This document shows positions 60,759 to 64,000 of a DNA stretch of 64,000 nt, in pieces. Both the position numbers and the translations under genes were made by a program. The stretch spans positions 1,116,001 through 1,180,000 of the forward strand of contig JASTWF010000048.1 of the NCBI GenBank assembly GCA_030390025.1, given 5' to 3'. Every line of letters starts with the position of its first letter. Within the stretch, counting starts at the first letter, position 1. The stretch is from Squalus acanthias. Taxonomy: Eukaryota. The notes under the pieces are model-generated. The model worked only from the letters and a program-made list of their open reading frames with translations, was not told the origin of the DNA and ran no database searches.

Positions 60759-62861
60759 ATTTCTGCACTGAATTCACCTAAGTGGCTGGAGAGAGAAGCG
60801 AATCCACAACTTTCTGTCTCAGAGGCGCAAATGGTACAAGCCGAGTCGCAGCTGACAATATTGGACATTAATCTACAAAGATGCCTGAATAAGTTTGTCA
60901 CATTTAACTACATGGGAACAGTGCAACAATCATGATTAGGTAATAAGACTTGTGAAGCATGGCTTCTGCAGTCGACAGTGAATAATGTCAGGGCTGAAGG
61001 ACTTCAGTTGTGTGGATAGAGTAGAGAAGCTGAGATGGTTTTCCTTGGGTGGAGAAGGTTAAGGAGAAATTCACCACAATTTACCAGGATTGAGAGACTT
61101 CAGCAACGTGCAAATGCTGGAGAGTCTGGGATTTTATTCTACTTCGAGCAGATGTGGCTAATGGGGACATTTAATGTGTTCAAACTGATAGAGAACACGG
61201 GGAGAAACTGTTTCCACTGGTAGGAGCGTCGGTAAGCAGAACACTCAGATTTAGGATCATTGGCAAAATTACCCGAGGTGCAGATCAGAAGAATCATTTT
61301 AAGTCAGCGAGTTGTCATGATACAGAATGCACTGCCTGAAATTGCGATGGAAGTAAATTCAATCGTAAATTTGAAATGGGAATTGGCTATATAGTTCAAA
61401 AGGAACATAAATTAAGTGCTTTTCGCTAAGAACAGGGGGTGGGACTAATTTTATAGGGGAGGCCAAAACTAGTGGGCATAAAAATAACTTAGTCACGAAT
61501 ACATCTACGAGGGAATTCAGGAGCAATCTATTTTCATAAAGAGTGATGAGAATGTTTAACTTGTTACAACAAGGAGAGGTTGAACGGAATAGTATAGATG
61601 CATAAAAAAAAAGCTATGTAAGGACATGAGCGAGAAAGGGTTAGAAGGACACGCTGAGATGGTGAGATTAAAAGGAGTGGGAGGAGGATCATGTGGAACT
61701 AATTGGATCGCGCTTTCTAACAGCCTGACCGGGCTCGATGAGCCGAATTGCCTCCTTCTGTGCTGTACCTTTAATGATTCAATAAAGAACAGAATATTGT
61801 CGTGTCAAAGTTCCCTTCAGTTTCAGGTAGTGCGGGTTTAAGATCCTTATGCCCTAAACGAGAATGGAAGGTTTAAATTCTTCGCGGGGCTGAACTCCTA
61901 CTTTATTTGACAAACGCATTAAATGGCATCAAGAGTCTGACAGACAGGTGGCTTAACGGTATTAAACAGAAACTCAAACATCTGTCAGGATGCAGGTGTT
62001 CCAGTAAAAAACGGACCTGGAGCAGCATCTCGTATTTGCACAGGGTGAAACATCGGTCACACGTTTAAAGGTTCAGAGATGAAGTATTTCCTAATTGTAT
62101 GGGGTTGTGCCCATTAGAGCAGAAAAGGTTGAGGGGAGTTTTGAAAGAGGTGTTCAAAATCATGATTTTTTTTCATGCATTATGTAAGTAGAAATTGTAT
62201 CCAGTGGCAAAAGGGTCGATAAACAGAGGAGACATATTTAAGGTACTTAACAAAAGAACCAGAGCGAGAGATGTGTAGAATCGTTCTCCTCAGTGAATTG
62301 TTATGATCTAGAATGCGCTGCCTGAACGGTTGGTGAAGCAGATTCAATAGTAATTTGCAAAAGGCAGTTGGATAACTAATTGAAGCGGAATTATATTGTG
62401 CAATGAGGAACGGGTCAGGGGATTGTGATCAATTGGATCCCAGAATGAAAAGGACATCCGAAATGTTGAAACAGCATTTTTAATAATTAATAATTTATAG
62501 TAATAATCTGATGCGAAAGAGAGTAAGAAGATGAATCAGTATGAATAAAAAAGTAATCCAATATATCTAATTTATTTGAACGGTATGATTAAAGAATAGC
62601 GATAGATAGATGATAAAACGAGAGGTACATAGATGGTAGATAGATAGATGTTGAGATAGATCGATCAGAGCTTGATAGATAGATCGATGACAGATGGATG
62701 CATAGATCTCAGATGGATAGAGATAGATAGATAGTTCGATAGATAGATAAATAGACAGAAAGACATATAGATAGATGAATGGGTAAAGAGACAGACAAAC
62801 AGACTCACAGACAGACAACGAGAAAGATCTGTCTCCCACGGTTATTTCCTGCCGCCTTTGG

Positions 62862-62900
62862 GGTTTTTGTTGAGCTCCTTCATCTCTCTGAGTCACTGTG
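62862..62900 (-). promoter_or_regulatory. 23-RSS of B5 (consensus)
   Basis: CACAGTG - 23 nt - ACAAAAACC. Confidence 0.96.
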
Positions 62901-63805
62901 CAGACTCCAAGCGCAGTAATACACGGCCGAGTGATTTGCTCGCAGACTGGTGGACTCCAGGTAGAAGTGGGTATCGTCGGGTCTCCTGGCGGTGAATCCA
63001 TCCAACTCACCAGAGGGATTCACCACTTCGGCGACGTTAGAATAGAAAAGGTTTTCAGGCTCCCTGTTGGGAAGCCAGCGGTACCAGTAGAAATAGGTAC
63101 CAGCTGTTGCTTTTGTGTAAAGGCACTCGATGCGAACTGGAGTGCCCGGGGAACTGGATATGGAAGCGGGAGTCTGTTCGATCAGCACGGCCCGCACATC
63201 TGTAAAACAGCGAAAGAGAGAGAGTGATAGATTAAACCAGGGAGACATTGCATATAGACACCCACCATGAAGGGGCAGAGTAGGGGAGAGAGAGAGAGTG
63301 AGGGCGAGAGTGGCCGAGAGCGGCAGACAGAAACGGCGAAATGGAGAGAGAGACAAAGACAGTGATGGAGCGAGTGTGACACAGAGAGAGATATCGGGGG
63401 ACAATCTAAACATTGAAAGAGGACGAGAAGGAGTACACGAGGACAGAGCGATAGAAAAGAGAAAGAAAGTAAGAGAGGCACAGAGAATGAGATACATAGA
63501 GACAAAGACTGAGAGGCTCACAAAGAGAGATCGTGAGAGACAAGGGAAATAGACAGGCAGTAAGATAGACTGAGAGAGATACAGCGGCAGAGAGCGAGAG
63601 CACGGCAGACAGAATGAGAGGCAGAGAGACGGAGACAGAGAGAAAGAGAGAGCAAAATATAAACCGAGGTAGACAGAATCTGCACCAGCCCGCAGTGTGA
63701 AGTGACACACGGGGAAATAAACGTAAGGGGCGCAAAAATCTTCCAGCCCAGCTCCACCTTACCCGTTAACAGCAGCAACACAACCCAGAGCTGATGCACA
63801 GCCAT
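62901..63805 (-). CDS. TRBV: TCR V segment family B copy 5 (B5), intact; leader 63805-63763, V exon 63199-62901
   Basis: Leader MAVHQLWVVLLLLT|GTAAGG, acceptor TACAG. V exon ..IEC..FYWYRW..YYCAWSL. Confidence 0.92.
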
Positions 63806-63839
63806 CTCTGGAGGGAGAAACATCCGATTGTTTATGATG

Positions 63840-64000
63840 TGATATCACTGAGCCGTTATATTGTGGAATATCACAAAGGTCTGAGCAATGAGTGGAATTT
63901 ACTGTTCCCTGTTCTCCAATGTTCAACTTTCGGATGGGAGGTGCCAATCTCTCTTCAATTGTTCATTGGCTCCAACATCGGGGATTGTCATTTCCGGGGC
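63840..64000 (-). promoter_or_regulatory. Family B promoter: decamer AGTGATATCA (63840-63849), CCAAT boxes, ETS site, GC box
   Basis: CCAAT/ATTGG pairs and (A/C)TTTCCGGG recur upstream of all five B genes. The adjoining GGGGCGGGG is intact in B2-B4, altered in B1 and cut off by the window end in B5. Confidence 0.6.

Larger units (their letters stand above)
1..64000 (-). other. TRB: Germline T-cell receptor V gene array (probably TRB locus), tandem C-A-B cassettes
   Basis: 16 leader/V/RSS segments in one orientation. 23-bp-spacer RSSs, TRBV30-like CAWS/CAWR ends, and the Vbeta-type decamer AGTGATATCA upstream of B3 and B5. No D, J or C segments seen. Confidence 0.85.

Noticed and set aside
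1-64000. D, J or constant segments, or germline-joined genes
   Set aside because: No FGxG J motif with a 5' 12-RSS, no doubly flanked D and no C1-set exon were noticed in a manual read. Every V exon in the window retains its RSS or a remnant.

Overview
Eukaryotic DNA from a cartilaginous fish, most likely a shark (inferred from DeuSINE/SacSINE1-like, CR1, L2 and Penelope-like repeats). The window is a germline array of T-cell receptor variable gene segments, most likely TCR beta (TRBV), all on the minus strand. It holds 16 V segments of three families, my labels A, B and C. Each has a leader exon, an intron, a V exon and a 3' recombination signal (RSS), except C1, of which only the leader and part of the intron are in the window. 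They form a tandemly duplicated ~10-14 kb C-A-B cassette: C1(partial)-A1-B1 | C2-A2 | (B and C deleted)-A3-B2 | C3-A4(del)-B3 | C4-A5-B4 | C5-A6-B5. Nine segments look intact (A1, A2, A3, A6, B1-B5). A5 has a dead splice donor, A4 is internally deleted, and every C copy is damaged. Families B and C resemble mammalian TRBV30 (LFYS, ASRP/ARRP, CAWS/CAWR). No D, J or C segments were seen. Highlights: (1) C5 has an RSS spacer shortened to 11 nt (12-type), a frame-restored V ORF and an intronic ATG giving a signal-peptide-like N-terminus. (2) All A copies read through the RSS into a conserved 37-aa basic tail. (3) Family B has an altered chain-pairing interface. (4) A 33-bp SINE-derived minisatellite of variable length sits upstream of every A gene. 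(5) Each family has its own promoter grammar. (6) A Penelope-type hairpin insertion has a target-site duplication and a minimal hammerhead core. Coordinates were counted by hand and repeat boundaries are approximate.
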